In this document: one piece after another, positions 53,252 through 61,653 of the stretch
Numbering within the stretch: the stretch's first letter is position 1
Layout: each line of letters starts with the position of its first letter
Assembly (NCBI GenBank): GCA_036563875.1
Contig: DATCLO010000207.1
Location: forward strand, 74,353-138,352
Reading direction: 5' to 3'
DNA from: Cyclobacteriaceae bacterium
GTDB taxonomy: Bacteria; Bacteroidota; Bacteroidia; Cytophagales; Cyclobacteriaceae
DNA: 64,000 nucleotides
Position numbers and translations under genes: made by a program
The notes under the pieces: generated by a model
Seen by the model: only the letters and a program-made list of their open reading frames with translations
Databases searched by the model: none
Told to the model about the DNA's origin: nothing

Positions 53252-54982
53252 TCAGAAGTCGCCCGCAACGATGATCCGCTCACGGAACGAATGCACGCCG
53301 CCTGACGGTGAAAAGACTTCGAACCAAACCCAGTAATAACCTACTCTGGCTCGAGAACCGTCGTCGCGGTCGCCATCCCACCGATAGAATCCTTCGGTAC
53401 CGAGCAGGTCGTTACTGGCGATGGAACGGATACTCCGACCCTGCTGGTCAAGTATCCTTGCATTGGCCACATATCCGGCCCGGTCAAAGTTGTAACGGAT
53501 AAGGGTGAAGTTCGGTTTCCCGTAAACAGGTCTGAATGCGGGCGGATCAACGGTTAAAGGATTCGAAGGTAAGCCTGCATTGACTACCGCTACCGAATTC
53601 CTTCTGCCCGGCGTCGCTCCGCCGGCATTGGTAGATGCCGAACTCCAGTTATCCGCAGCATTGCTAGCCGCATCCGCAGAAATCCTTTCGAGGGATACAC
53701 CGTCTGCGGTCGTGATGAAAACAGAATGCATCGCCTTGTTGTAAGTCACGGCATCAATCACCTTTTGCGAAGCATCCAGCAAAGCAATTGACCCAAAATC
53801 GTCAGGCAAAGATGTCAGCCGCATTTCAATCAGTGCCTCGACTGCAGCATCCGGATAATAATCAAGCAGCACTGCGGCGTCTGCGGTCAGTACAGCGTAA
53901 CTATCCGGAGGCAGCAGCCAATCCCCCTCGGTAACAATCCGGAAATCTTTGGGAGTTCCATCCGAAAAGTCCGCTGTGCTCCAACCCTTCAGGTTGATAA
54001 ACTTTCGCGACCGGTTGAAAATCTCAACGAAGTCAACGCCTCCGGATTTTGGATTAAACAGGACTTCATTGATGACGATGTCCAGGCTGTCTGCCGGTTC
54101 CGGAATTGCAAACGAGACACGGTCTTCTGATGCCAGGTTGTGATTGCAGTCTCTGACGTTCTTTACGGTCACATTGTACAACGTTCCCGGTTCAAGAAAA
54201 CCCGCTAGTGTAACATGAAGTGACCTCAACGCTTCACCGAGCGTTACCGAGGCCACCTCCACACTTGGTTCGAGGATGACATTTCCGGGTGGAACACTTT
54301 CGCTCAGCAGCTTTTCATTGTATTCGATCAGAAGAGTGTTCGCATCGCTGGCCGTCACCGCCACAATGCCTGGTCCGGTAGCATCAGGCTTTGAAGCAAA
54401 GACAGAATTCTGTTTACCCGGCGTTCCGCCTTTCGGGTCATCCGACTCACTCCAGTTGTCCTCCTCGCCGCACGTATTGAATGGATCTATGAGTTCGAGC
54501 GACCAACCGCCTGACCGCTTGGAGGTACTGCGATACCATCCGCTGGCGTAACGCACCGAGTCGATGGTCACGCCTTCCGGCGTCCGAAGCACAACGGCAT
54601 CGCCAGAATTATTCAGGCTCGGCATGCCACTCACAGGTATGACGCGGATGCCTTCAAATGCCGCAGAATCCTGCGAAGGGACAATCACGGCATACTCCTG
54701 CGGCGGAAGAGAGACTGAAGGAAGGCGGGCGGAAGTTCTCTCGTCCGAAAGGGTCCATTCACCCAGATTAACCGTACCCATGCTGCGATTGAATATCTCA
54801 ACAAATTCGGCTTCGGGAAGGCCAACCGAAGGAGACGGATCAGCAAGAATCTCGGTGATGATGACGTCCTTAAAGGCAACCTGATTGGGTTGTGACGGTT
54901 CGTCGGTGAGTTGAGAGAAAGCGGTGTTGGAGGGGATCGAACTAACAATAGTTAACCCGAGAGCCCAAATGATTTTTTTCAT
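53252..54982 (-). CDS. secreted protein with two lamin-tail domains (LTD) and C-terminal FlgD-Ig-like domain
   Basis: The internal ATG at 54982 gives MKKIIWALGLTIVSSIPSNTAFSQ. LTD motifs occur twice (IITEILADPSP...EFVEIFNRS...LGEWTLSD and VINEVLFNPKSGGVDFVEIFNRS...LKGWS). A promoter box at 55013 lies inside the longer track ORF. Confidence 0.8.
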   Translation of the reverse strand: MKKIIWALGLTIVSSIPSNTAFSQLTDEPSQPNQVAFKDVIITEILADPSPSVGLPEAEFVEIFNRSMGTVNLGEWTLSDERTSARLPSVSLPPQEYAVIVPSQDSAAFEGIRVIPVSGMPSLNNSGDAVVLRTPEGVTIDSVRYASGWYRSTSKRSGGWSLELIDPFNTCGEEDNWSESDDPKGGTPGKQNSVFASKPDATGPGIVAVTASDANTLLIEYNEKLLSESVPPGNVILEPSVEVASVTLGEALRSLHVTLAGFLEPGTLYNVTVKNVRDCNHNLASEDRVSFAIPEPADSLDIVINEVLFNPKSGGVDFVEIFNRSRKFINLKGWSTADFSDGTPKDFRIVTEGDWLLPPDSYAVLTADAAVLLDYYPDAAVEALIEMRLTSLPDDFGSIALLDASQKVIDAVTYNKAMHSVFITTADGVSLERISADAASNAADNWSSASTNAGGATPGRRNSVAVVNAGLPSNPLTVDPPAFRPVYGKPNFTLIRYNFDRAGYVANARILDQQGRSIRSIASNDLLGTEGFYRWDGDRDDGSRARVGYYWVWFEVFSPSGGVHSFRERIIVAGDF

Positions 54983-55012
54983 ACTCGAGGGTCTTATTGC
55001 TTTGGGCTCTTT

Positions 55013-55020
55013 CAAAAGTA
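55013..55020 (-). promoter_or_regulatory. -7 promoter box (TACTTTTG) for the LTD gene
   Basis: Plus-strand caaaagta is TACTTTTG on the minus strand, 30 nt upstream of the ATG at 54982. It sits back-to-back with the asd box. Confidence 0.5.
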
Positions 55021-55021
55021 C

Positions 55022-55029
55022 TATTTTTG
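55022..55029 (+). promoter_or_regulatory. -7 promoter box (TATTTTTG) for asd
   Basis: Exact TAnnTTTG, 24 nt upstream of the ATG at 55054. Confidence 0.5.
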
Positions 55030-55053
55030 TGATTCTAAATACAAACACGAATC

Positions 55054-56046
55054 ATGAAACTTGCTGTTGTCGGAGCCACGGGGCTCGTTGGGCAGGAGAT
55101 CCTGCGCGTACTGGAAGAAAGGAATTTTCCGTTCACTGAACTGATCCTGGTAGCCTCTGCCAAATCGGTTGGACAAACGATAAAATTCAAAGGCTCCGAC
55201 TACAAGATCATCAGCATTGAGGACGCCGTTAAACAGGCTCCCGATATCGCTATTTTCTCTGCCGGTGGAGGTACTTCGCTCGAATGGGCCCCGAAGTTTG
55301 CTGAAGTGGGTACCATCGTTATCGATAACTCTTCCGCATGGCGCATGGATCCGGATAAGAAGCTCGTCGTTCCCGAAATTAACGGTCACGTTATTGGTAT
55401 CGACGATCGGATCATCGCTAACCCTAACTGCTCTACCATACAAATGGTAATGGCGCTGGCGCCGCTTCACGTCGCATACAAGATCAAGCGAATTGTGGTA
55501 TCTACCTACCAGTCCGTTACCGGAACAGGAAAGGATGCAGTGCAGCAACTTATGGATGAGCGGTCTGGTGTACAGGGCGCGAAGGTGTATCCTCACCCCA
55601 TCGACATGAACGCCTTGCCCCACATCGACGTCTTCCTCGATAACGGCTACACCAAAGAGGAAATGAAGATGGTGAATGAAACGCGGAAGATCCTGGGTGA
55701 TAACTCTATTGGTGTCACTTCAACTACTGTACGTGTTCCGACCATCGGTGGCCACTCCGAGGCAGTGAATGTTGAGTTCCACAAGGATTTCGACCTTGAC
55801 GAAGTGCGCCACATGCTTGCAGCTACGCCCGGCGTTGTCGTGCAGGACGACCCTGCCAATAACGTATACCCTATGCCGATTTATGCAAAGGGCAAGGATG
55901 AAGTCTTTGTCGGACGGTTGCGCCGCGACGAATCGCAGCCCAACACCCTGAACATGTGGATTGTTTCCGACAACCTCAGAAAGGGTGCGGCTACCAACGC
56001 GGTTCAGATCGCCGAGTTCATGCTGGAAAAAAGCCTTGTCTATTAG
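55054..56046 (+). CDS. asd: aspartate-semialdehyde dehydrogenase
   Basis: 330 aa. MKLAVVGATGLVGQ is the NAD(P) fold, NPNCSTIQ carries the active-site Cys, and SGGHS-type His context is present (IGGHSEAV). Confidence 0.95.
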   Translation: MKLAVVGATGLVGQEILRVLEERNFPFTELILVASAKSVGQTIKFKGSDYKIISIEDAVKQAPDIAIFSAGGGTSLEWAPKFAEVGTIVIDNSSAWRMDPDKKLVVPEINGHVIGIDDRIIANPNCSTIQMVMALAPLHVAYKIKRIVVSTYQSVTGTGKDAVQQLMDERSGVQGAKVYPHPIDMNALPHIDVFLDNGYTKEEMKMVNETRKILGDNSIGVTSTTVRVPTIGGHSEAVNVEFHKDFDLDEVRHMLAATPGVVVQDDPANNVYPMPIYAKGKDEVFVGRLRRDESQPNTLNMWIVSDNLRKGAATNAVQIAEFMLEKSLVY

Positions 56047-57265
56047 CGACTCGCTGGACGTCCCTGACGCGCGATTACTCCGACCCGAGGTCCAGGAGTT
56101 TGTCCGCGCCCATGTCTCTTCGGACGTTCACGAGCTGTCGCTGAAGCAACCTGCGCAAAAGTTCGGCATTCCGTTTCGCGATATCGCCGTGCAGATCGCA
56201 GGATTGCAAAGGGCCAGGCATAAGCTGCCGCAGTATTTCTCCACGCCAGCCATTCTGTATCCGCCACCCGCGAACCTCGAACAATGCTCGTCTGAAAAGA
56301 CAGCGATGTTCAAGGCGCGGCAGGCGGCTGCATTCTCTTCGCCGCAGCACACCCGTTGCGTGGATCTGAGCGGTGGATTCGGAGTCGATACATTTTTTCT
56401 GAGTCGTCAATACCAGGAAGTACATTACGTTGAGCCGGATCGCGCCCTTCTGCAAATCGCCCGTCACAATCACCAACAGCTGGGGGCTCTGAATATCATC
56501 TATCACGAAAGGGATGCGCTGAGCTTCCTTAATGAAACAGCGCTTACATTCGACCTGGCGTATGTAGATCCTTCGCGGCGAACGGAGAACAGTCAGAGAA
56601 GAATCGAACTAACCGCCTATTCGCCAGACGTACGGACGTTGGTTCCCTTCCTGGGGAGGACCTTCAACCGAATGATGCTTAAAGTCTCCCCAATGCTCGA
56701 CATTGACCGCGGACTTCAGGTTATAACCAACGTGGCTCGGGTCGCCATCGTAACGGCGAGCGGCGAGGTCAGGGAATTGCTGTTCTTCTCCGCAGCAGGT
56801 CACACTGCAGAACCGTTGCTGGAAGCAATCGACTTAACTGCTAATCGGCCCCCGTTTTCGTTCTACCGTCATGAAGAGAACGACGCCTTAGTTCAGTACG
56901 GCATTCCGCGAAAGTATGTGTACATGCCCGGGCCAGAGATCCTAAAGTCCGGAGCTTTTCGGCTCGTTGCCTCCCGATACGGCTTGACAAAACTGCACGT
57001 CAATACGCATTTGTATACATCGGAAGATCTGCAGCCTGACTTTCCCGGAAGAATTTTCGAGATCATTGCCACGGCACACAAGTACACCCCTGAACTCGCC
57101 TCCTCATTTCCGGAAGGTATGGCGAACGTTGTCGTGCGCAACTATCCGCTTACCGCAGATCAATTGAGAAGTCGGGCCCGACTAAAAGAAGGTGGAGAAC
57201 ATTACCTCCTGGCTTTCACTTCCCCAGAAGGTCCGATGCTTGCAACAGCAAAGCGCATTACCTAA
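56036..57265 (+). CDS. class I SAM-dependent methyltransferase with THUMP-like C-terminal domain
   Basis: The frame is open from 55961. I place the start at the TTG at 56036, overlapping asd by 11 nt, because the conserved N-terminus (EVQEFV..., QIAGLQRARHKLP, LEQCSSE) begins just after it. VDLSGGFGVD is the SAM motif. The start is uncertain. Confidence 0.7.
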   Translation: MSISDSLDVPDARLLRPEVQEFVRAHVSSDVHELSLKQPAQKFGIPFRDIAVQIAGLQRARHKLPQYFSTPAILYPPPANLEQCSSEKTAMFKARQAAAFSSPQHTRCVDLSGGFGVDTFFLSRQYQEVHYVEPDRALLQIARHNHQQLGALNIIYHERDALSFLNETALTFDLAYVDPSRRTENSQRRIELTAYSPDVRTLVPFLGRTFNRMMLKVSPMLDIDRGLQVITNVARVAIVTASGEVRELLFFSAAGHTAEPLLEAIDLTANRPPFSFYRHEENDALVQYGIPRKYVYMPGPEILKSGAFRLVASRYGLTKLHVNTHLYTSEDLQPDFPGRIFEIIATAHKYTPELASSFPEGMANVVVRNYPLTADQLRSRARLKEGGEHYLLAFTSPEGPMLATAKRIT

Positions 57266-57762
57266 AGGTATCGCAGAATCTCTTCTATAGGCTTCTCCCC
57301 GTCGAGGTGCTGCACAAGCTTACGTTCTTCTGAATAGATATAAAGTGAAGGCGTGGATATCGGTCCTAACCGGTCGAGAATTTCATTTACTGTAGTCTGA
57401 ACAAAATGCACGTTTGGTTCGTCGGCAAGGCCATAGTCGTCGGCAAACTTTTGCGCCGCCTCGTGGCCGTCGGTGGTCACGAAGTAAACCTGGTATTCAG
57501 CGAACGCATCCATGTTCTTGCTGATGGCCTCCGCTTCACGTTGGCAATGGTCGCATTCCGGTCGATAGAAAATCAGAATGTTTTTACCGGCCAGTTCACG
57601 TGCACGAATCACCTGTTGGTCAGGCGTTATCAGATTCATTTCAGGTAATTCATTCACTGACGTGGCATCGTCCGGCGCGAGTACGTGACCACGGTCCGAC
57701 GATTTGCTGCATTGCAGCATTATAGTGCTCAAGGCGATAAGCAAACAGATCTGAAGTTTCAT
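57262..57762 (-). CDS. TlpA/redoxin-family thiol-disulfide oxidoreductase lipoprotein
   Basis: 166 aa. MKLQICLLIALSTIMLQCS is a signal peptide plus lipobox. The thioredoxin-fold CxxC is FYRPECDHCQ. Confidence 0.8.
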   Translation of the reverse strand: MKLQICLLIALSTIMLQCSKSSDRGHVLAPDDATSVNELPEMNLITPDQQVIRARELAGKNILIFYRPECDHCQREAEAISKNMDAFAEYQVYFVTTDGHEAAQKFADDYGLADEPNVHFVQTTVNEILDRLGPISTPSLYIYSEERKLVQHLDGEKPIEEILRYL

Positions 57763-57779
57763 TGAAACGGTTGAAAGTG

Positions 57780-57971
57780 TCAGGACTTAAAATGACCGAC
57801 TGCCCAGAAGGCCAGCACACTCGCGAGCAACGAAGTTCCGTACCACTGCAGTACCATCTTCCGGTTTTGACGTGATCGCCACCAAAGCACTATCCAAGGC
57901 CGCCACAATCCTGTTGCCAGGAGTATAGCAGACAAAATACCGGTGAACGCAAAGAAATGCTGCCAGGTCAT
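57780..57971 (-). CDS. small two-helix membrane protein (63 aa), hypothetical
   Basis: MTWQHFFAFTGILSAILLATGLWRPWIVLWW...LLASVLAFWAVGHF has two hydrophobic helices. An exact promoter box lies 4 nt upstream. It lies 17 nt upstream of the TlpA-like gene. Confidence 0.45.
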   Translation of the reverse strand: MTWQHFFAFTGILSAILLATGLWRPWIVLWWRSRQNRKMVLQWYGTSLLASVLAFWAVGHFKS

Positions 57972-57975
57972 TTGC

Positions 57976-57983
57976 CAAAATTA
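57976..57983 (-). promoter_or_regulatory. -7 promoter box (TAATTTTG) for the small membrane ORF/TlpA operon
   Basis: Plus-strand caaaatta is TAATTTTG on the minus strand, 4 nt from the ATG at 57971. Confidence 0.45.
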
Positions 57984-58006
57984 ACTCAAATTTGTTGTGA
58001 TCCGTT

Positions 58007-58014
58007 TATCTTTG
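58007..58014 (+). promoter_or_regulatory. -7 promoter box (TATCTTTG) for mfd
   Basis: Exact TAnnTTTG, 22 nt upstream of the TTG start at 58037. Confidence 0.5.
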
Positions 58015-58036
58015 CATCCTCTATTGGAAATCGGGA

Positions 58037-61000
58037 TTGAGGGCGCAAGATTTTCTGAAACTGTACAGCGCGGAGGGTGTGATCAAGACCGTAGCCGCAG
58101 GGATAGGTGCGTCCAATTCGTCCAGAATTCACGTCAAAGGAGCCTCCGGAAGCCTTGATGCGGTAATTGCAGCCGCCGTATTTACACACCAGCCTCGCGA
58201 CTTCATCTTCATCATGCAGGAGAAAGAGGAAGCCGCATACTTCCAGAACGACCTGCAGAGTTTGCTTGGCCGGGAAGTTCTCCTGCTTCCTATGTCGTAC
58301 CGGCGCCCGTATGAGTTTGAAGAAACCGAGAACGCGAATGTACTGATGCGGGCCGAGGTGCTGAGTCGGATCAGTGAACCCGGACACGAGCCGCTTATGG
58401 TCGTTACTTATCCGGAAGCCCTGGGCGAAAAAGTTGTCAGCCGAAAATCGCTTACGGCAAATACGTTTGGCGTTGCAATAGGAGAGAAGCTGGACGTCCC
58501 GTTCCTGGAAGAGTTCCTCCGATCATACGGCTTCGAACGTACCGACTTTGTTTATGAAGCGGGGCAATACGCAGTGCGTGGGGGCATCATCGATGTGTTC
58601 TCCTTTGCTCACGAACTTCCATACCGCATCGAGCTTTTCGGCAACGAGGTGGAGAGTATCCGGACCTTTGATCCGGTCTCCCAAATTTCCGAAGCTGAAT
58701 TTCCAAAGCTGAGCATTGTTCCCAATCTCCAGTCGCAGACGCTCAAGGCAGAACGTCAATCGTTCTTTTCCTTTTTGTCGCCAGACTCGGTCTTGTGGTT
58801 CAAGGACTTTCAGTTAACGGGCGACGTTGTTCAAAAGAGTTTTGACGTTGCGGCCGAATCGTTTTCCAGAATAACAAGTGGAGGAAAAACGCAAGTTGTT
58901 TCCGGACCAGAAGTCCTCTTCGACGATCGCAATTCTTTTCAACGCACGATTGAATCATTCCCTTGCGTTGAGTTCGGTAGCAGATTCTACTTCCCGGCTA
59001 CGCAAACTTTCCAGTTCACTTCGGGAGGGCAACCGTCGTTCAACAAGAATTTCGAATTGTTGACAACGGACCTGGAACGCCTTCAGCAACAAGGCTACCG
59101 GACGTTCATCGCATCCGATCTTCCCCATCAGCTGGATAAACTGAGGTCGATCTTTTCAGAGATCAGCACAACGGTCAAGGTAGAGACGCTCGAGCTCTCA
59201 CTGCGCGCCGGTTTCCTGGATAGTGACCTGAAGATCGCCTGCTATACGGATCACCAGATCTTCGAGCGTTTTCATCGATACAAGGCGCGCGAGAAATTCA
59301 GCAAGTCGAAGGCATTGACGCTGCGCGAACTACAGACGCTTCAACCTGGCGACTTCGTGACGCACATCGACTATGGTATTGCAAAGTTTGCAGGGCTCGA
59401 GAAGAAGATTGTCAGGGACCGCGAACAGGAATCGATCCGACTTGTATTCAAGGACGACGACATTCTCTACGTAAGCATCCACTCGCTCCACAAGATTTCG
59501 CGATACACCGGCAAGGATGGCGGTCCGCCATCAATCAGCAAGCTGGGAACGCAGGAGTGGGCAACGAAGAAGTCGCGCGTCAAGAAACGCGTGAAGGACA
59601 TTGCGAAGGAACTTATCGAGCTTTACGCCAAACGGAAATCGGCACCAGGTTACGCCTATTCACCCGACAGTTATCTGCAGGCGGAGTTGGAGACGTCGTT
59701 CATGTATGAAGACACGCCGGACCAGGCGCGCGCGACTGCCGATGTGAAGCGTGATCTCGAAGCACCTCACCCTATGGATCGTCTCGTATGCGGTGATGTA
59801 GGTTTCGGGAAGACAGAGGTTGCAATTCGTGCTGCCTTTAAAGTAGTGAACGAAGGAAAACAAGTGGCAGTATTGGTGCCCACGACGATCCTGGCAATGC
59901 AACACTACCGGACATTTCGCGAAAGGCTTGCCGCGTTTCCCGTTAACATTGAACACGTTTCACGTTTTCGGTCCGCGCAGGATATCAAACGAATTCTTGC
60001 GGAAACGAAAGAAGGAAAGATCAACATTCTGATCGGAACACATCGCATAGTTGCGAAGGATGTTGTATTTAAGGATCTCGGATTGCTGGTGATTGACGAG
60101 GAGCAAAAGTTTGGCGTACGGGTTAAGGACAAACTCAAGGAAATGAAGCTGAATGTTGACGTCCTTACGCTGACGGCAACACCGATACCACGTACGCTTC
60201 ACTTCTCACTGATGGGTGCGCGCGACCTCAGCATCATTATGACGCCTCCACCTAACCGCCAACCCGTGTCAACGGAACTTCACACGTTCAACGACGAGAT
60301 CGTCCGAGACGCTATCAGTTTTGAGCTTCGAAGGGGAGGACAGGTATTCTTTGTTCACAACAGAGTGAACGACATTGAGCAAGTGGCCAACATTATCTTC
60401 CGGCTCGTTCCCGACGCGCGCATTGGTATTGCCCATGGTCAGATGGAGGGTTCAAAACTTGAAAAAGTGATGATGAAGTTCATCGATGGCGAGGTCGATG
60501 TTCTGGTATCTACTAATATTATTGAATCAGGTCTGGATATTCCCAACGCGAATACCATCATCATCAACCAGGCGCACATGTTCGGTTTGTCCGACCTCCA
60601 CCAAATGCGCGGTCGCGTAGGTCGTTCAAACAAAAAAGCATTTTGCTATCTGCTTACTCCTCCTGCGTCGCAATTGTCGGCCGATGCAAGGAAACGCCTC
60701 GCAGCATTAGAGGAGTTCTCGGAACTGGGCGATGGTTTCAAAGTTGCGATGCGCGACCTGGATATTCGCGGAGCCGGAAACCTGTTGGGTGCTGAGCAAA
60801 GCGGATTCATTACGGACCTGGGCTTTGACACGTATCACAAGATTCTCGACGAAGCAATTCAGGAACTGAAGGAAACGGATTTCAAGGAGCTGTTTGCTGC
60901 GGAGCTTGCTGAAAAGGCAAAGGTGATTGTCCAGGATTGTGTGATCGAAACGGATCTCGAAATACTAATCCCCGAGACGTACGTGAGCAGCGTCACCGAA

Positions 61001-61408
61001 CGGTTGCAGTTGTATTCACGTCTGGACAACATCAAGACAGAAGAAGAGTTGCAGGCGTTCACTGCGGAGATGCGTGACCGCTTTGGGCCCATCCCACAAC
61101 CGGTGCTCGAACTGATCAATTCAGTCCGGCTCCGGTGGTTAGGTGAGAAATTGGGCTTTGAAAAGCTGGTTCTGAAGGGCGACCGGCTTCGTGGTTTTTT
61201 TGTTTCTGGCAACGAATCTTACTTCAGTTCGGCCATTTTTGGCGACATTTTGAAGTACGTTCAGCAACATCCGGGGCGGTTCAGAATGCGCGACCAGGCT
61301 GGAAAGGCTGTTCTTGCGATTGAGCAAATTCCCTCCGTGGACGCAGCGATTGCGATACTGGATCAGATGCAGTCCGCCAGATCAGCCAGCGAAATCTTGT
61401 CGAGGTAG
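58037..61408 (+). CDS. mfd: transcription-repair coupling factor
   Basis: 1123 aa. GDVGFGKTEVA, VIDEEQKFGV, LTATPIPRTL, HQMRGRVGRS, a CarD-like region (GDFVTHIDYGIAKF) and a TRCF C-terminal domain. Confidence 0.97.
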   Translation: MRAQDFLKLYSAEGVIKTVAAGIGASNSSRIHVKGASGSLDAVIAAAVFTHQPRDFIFIMQEKEEAAYFQNDLQSLLGREVLLLPMSYRRPYEFEETENANVLMRAEVLSRISEPGHEPLMVVTYPEALGEKVVSRKSLTANTFGVAIGEKLDVPFLEEFLRSYGFERTDFVYEAGQYAVRGGIIDVFSFAHELPYRIELFGNEVESIRTFDPVSQISEAEFPKLSIVPNLQSQTLKAERQSFFSFLSPDSVLWFKDFQLTGDVVQKSFDVAAESFSRITSGGKTQVVSGPEVLFDDRNSFQRTIESFPCVEFGSRFYFPATQTFQFTSGGQPSFNKNFELLTTDLERLQQQGYRTFIASDLPHQLDKLRSIFSEISTTVKVETLELSLRAGFLDSDLKIACYTDHQIFERFHRYKAREKFSKSKALTLRELQTLQPGDFVTHIDYGIAKFAGLEKKIVRDREQESIRLVFKDDDILYVSIHSLHKISRYTGKDGGPPSISKLGTQEWATKKSRVKKRVKDIAKELIELYAKRKSAPGYAYSPDSYLQAELETSFMYEDTPDQARATADVKRDLEAPHPMDRLVCGDVGFGKTEVAIRAAFKVVNEGKQVAVLVPTTILAMQHYRTFRERLAAFPVNIEHVSRFRSAQDIKRILAETKEGKINILIGTHRIVAKDVVFKDLGLLVIDEEQKFGVRVKDKLKEMKLNVDVLTLTATPIPRTLHFSLMGARDLSIIMTPPPNRQPVSTELHTFNDEIVRDAISFELRRGGQVFFVHNRVNDIEQVANIIFRLVPDARIGIAHGQMEGSKLEKVMMKFIDGEVDVLVSTNIIESGLDIPNANTIIINQAHMFGLSDLHQMRGRVGRSNKKAFCYLLTPPASQLSADARKRLAALEEFSELGDGFKVAMRDLDIRGAGNLLGAEQSGFITDLGFDTYHKILDEAIQELKETDFKELFAAELAEKAKVIVQDCVIETDLEILIPETYVSSVTERLQLYSRLDNIKTEEELQAFTAEMRDRFGPIPQPVLELINSVRLRWLGEKLGFEKLVLKGDRLRGFFVSGNESYFSSAIFGDILKYVQQHPGRFRMRDQAGKAVLAIEQIPSVDAAIAILDQMQSARSASEILSR

Positions 61409-61653
61409 GGATACAGGCCCATCACATTGTCAAATGCATTGATCATGAGCACTTTTTGATGGGTGGTGGAGAAGAATACCTCGACAAAAAACTCATTCGT
61501 GTGATAGAGAAATACCTTGCATTCACCAAGGTTTCGGTGAATAAGGTAGTTCCCTTGAAAAGTGATCACGTCGCACTTCTTCTCAAAAGGCATAACTCGG
61601 AAGTCATAAAGGGAAAGTGCCATATCAAAAAGTTTTTCAGAATTTCCTGACAC
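61363..61653 (-). CDS. hypothetical small protein (96 aa)
   Basis: ORF with no recognised motif. Its last 46 nt overlap the 3' end of mfd on the opposite strand. Coding status is unproven. Confidence 0.4.
   Translation of the reverse strand: MSGNSEKLFDMALSLYDFRVMPFEKKCDVITFQGNYLIHRNLGECKVFLYHTNEFFVEVFFSTTHQKVLMINAFDNVMGLYPYLDKISLADLADCI

Noticed and set aside
57787-57978. Alternative 63-aa ORF overlapping the small membrane ORF in another frame.
   Set aside because: It has no hydrophobic helices or motif, and its start lies inside the promoter box. The 57780..57971 frame is the better candidate.
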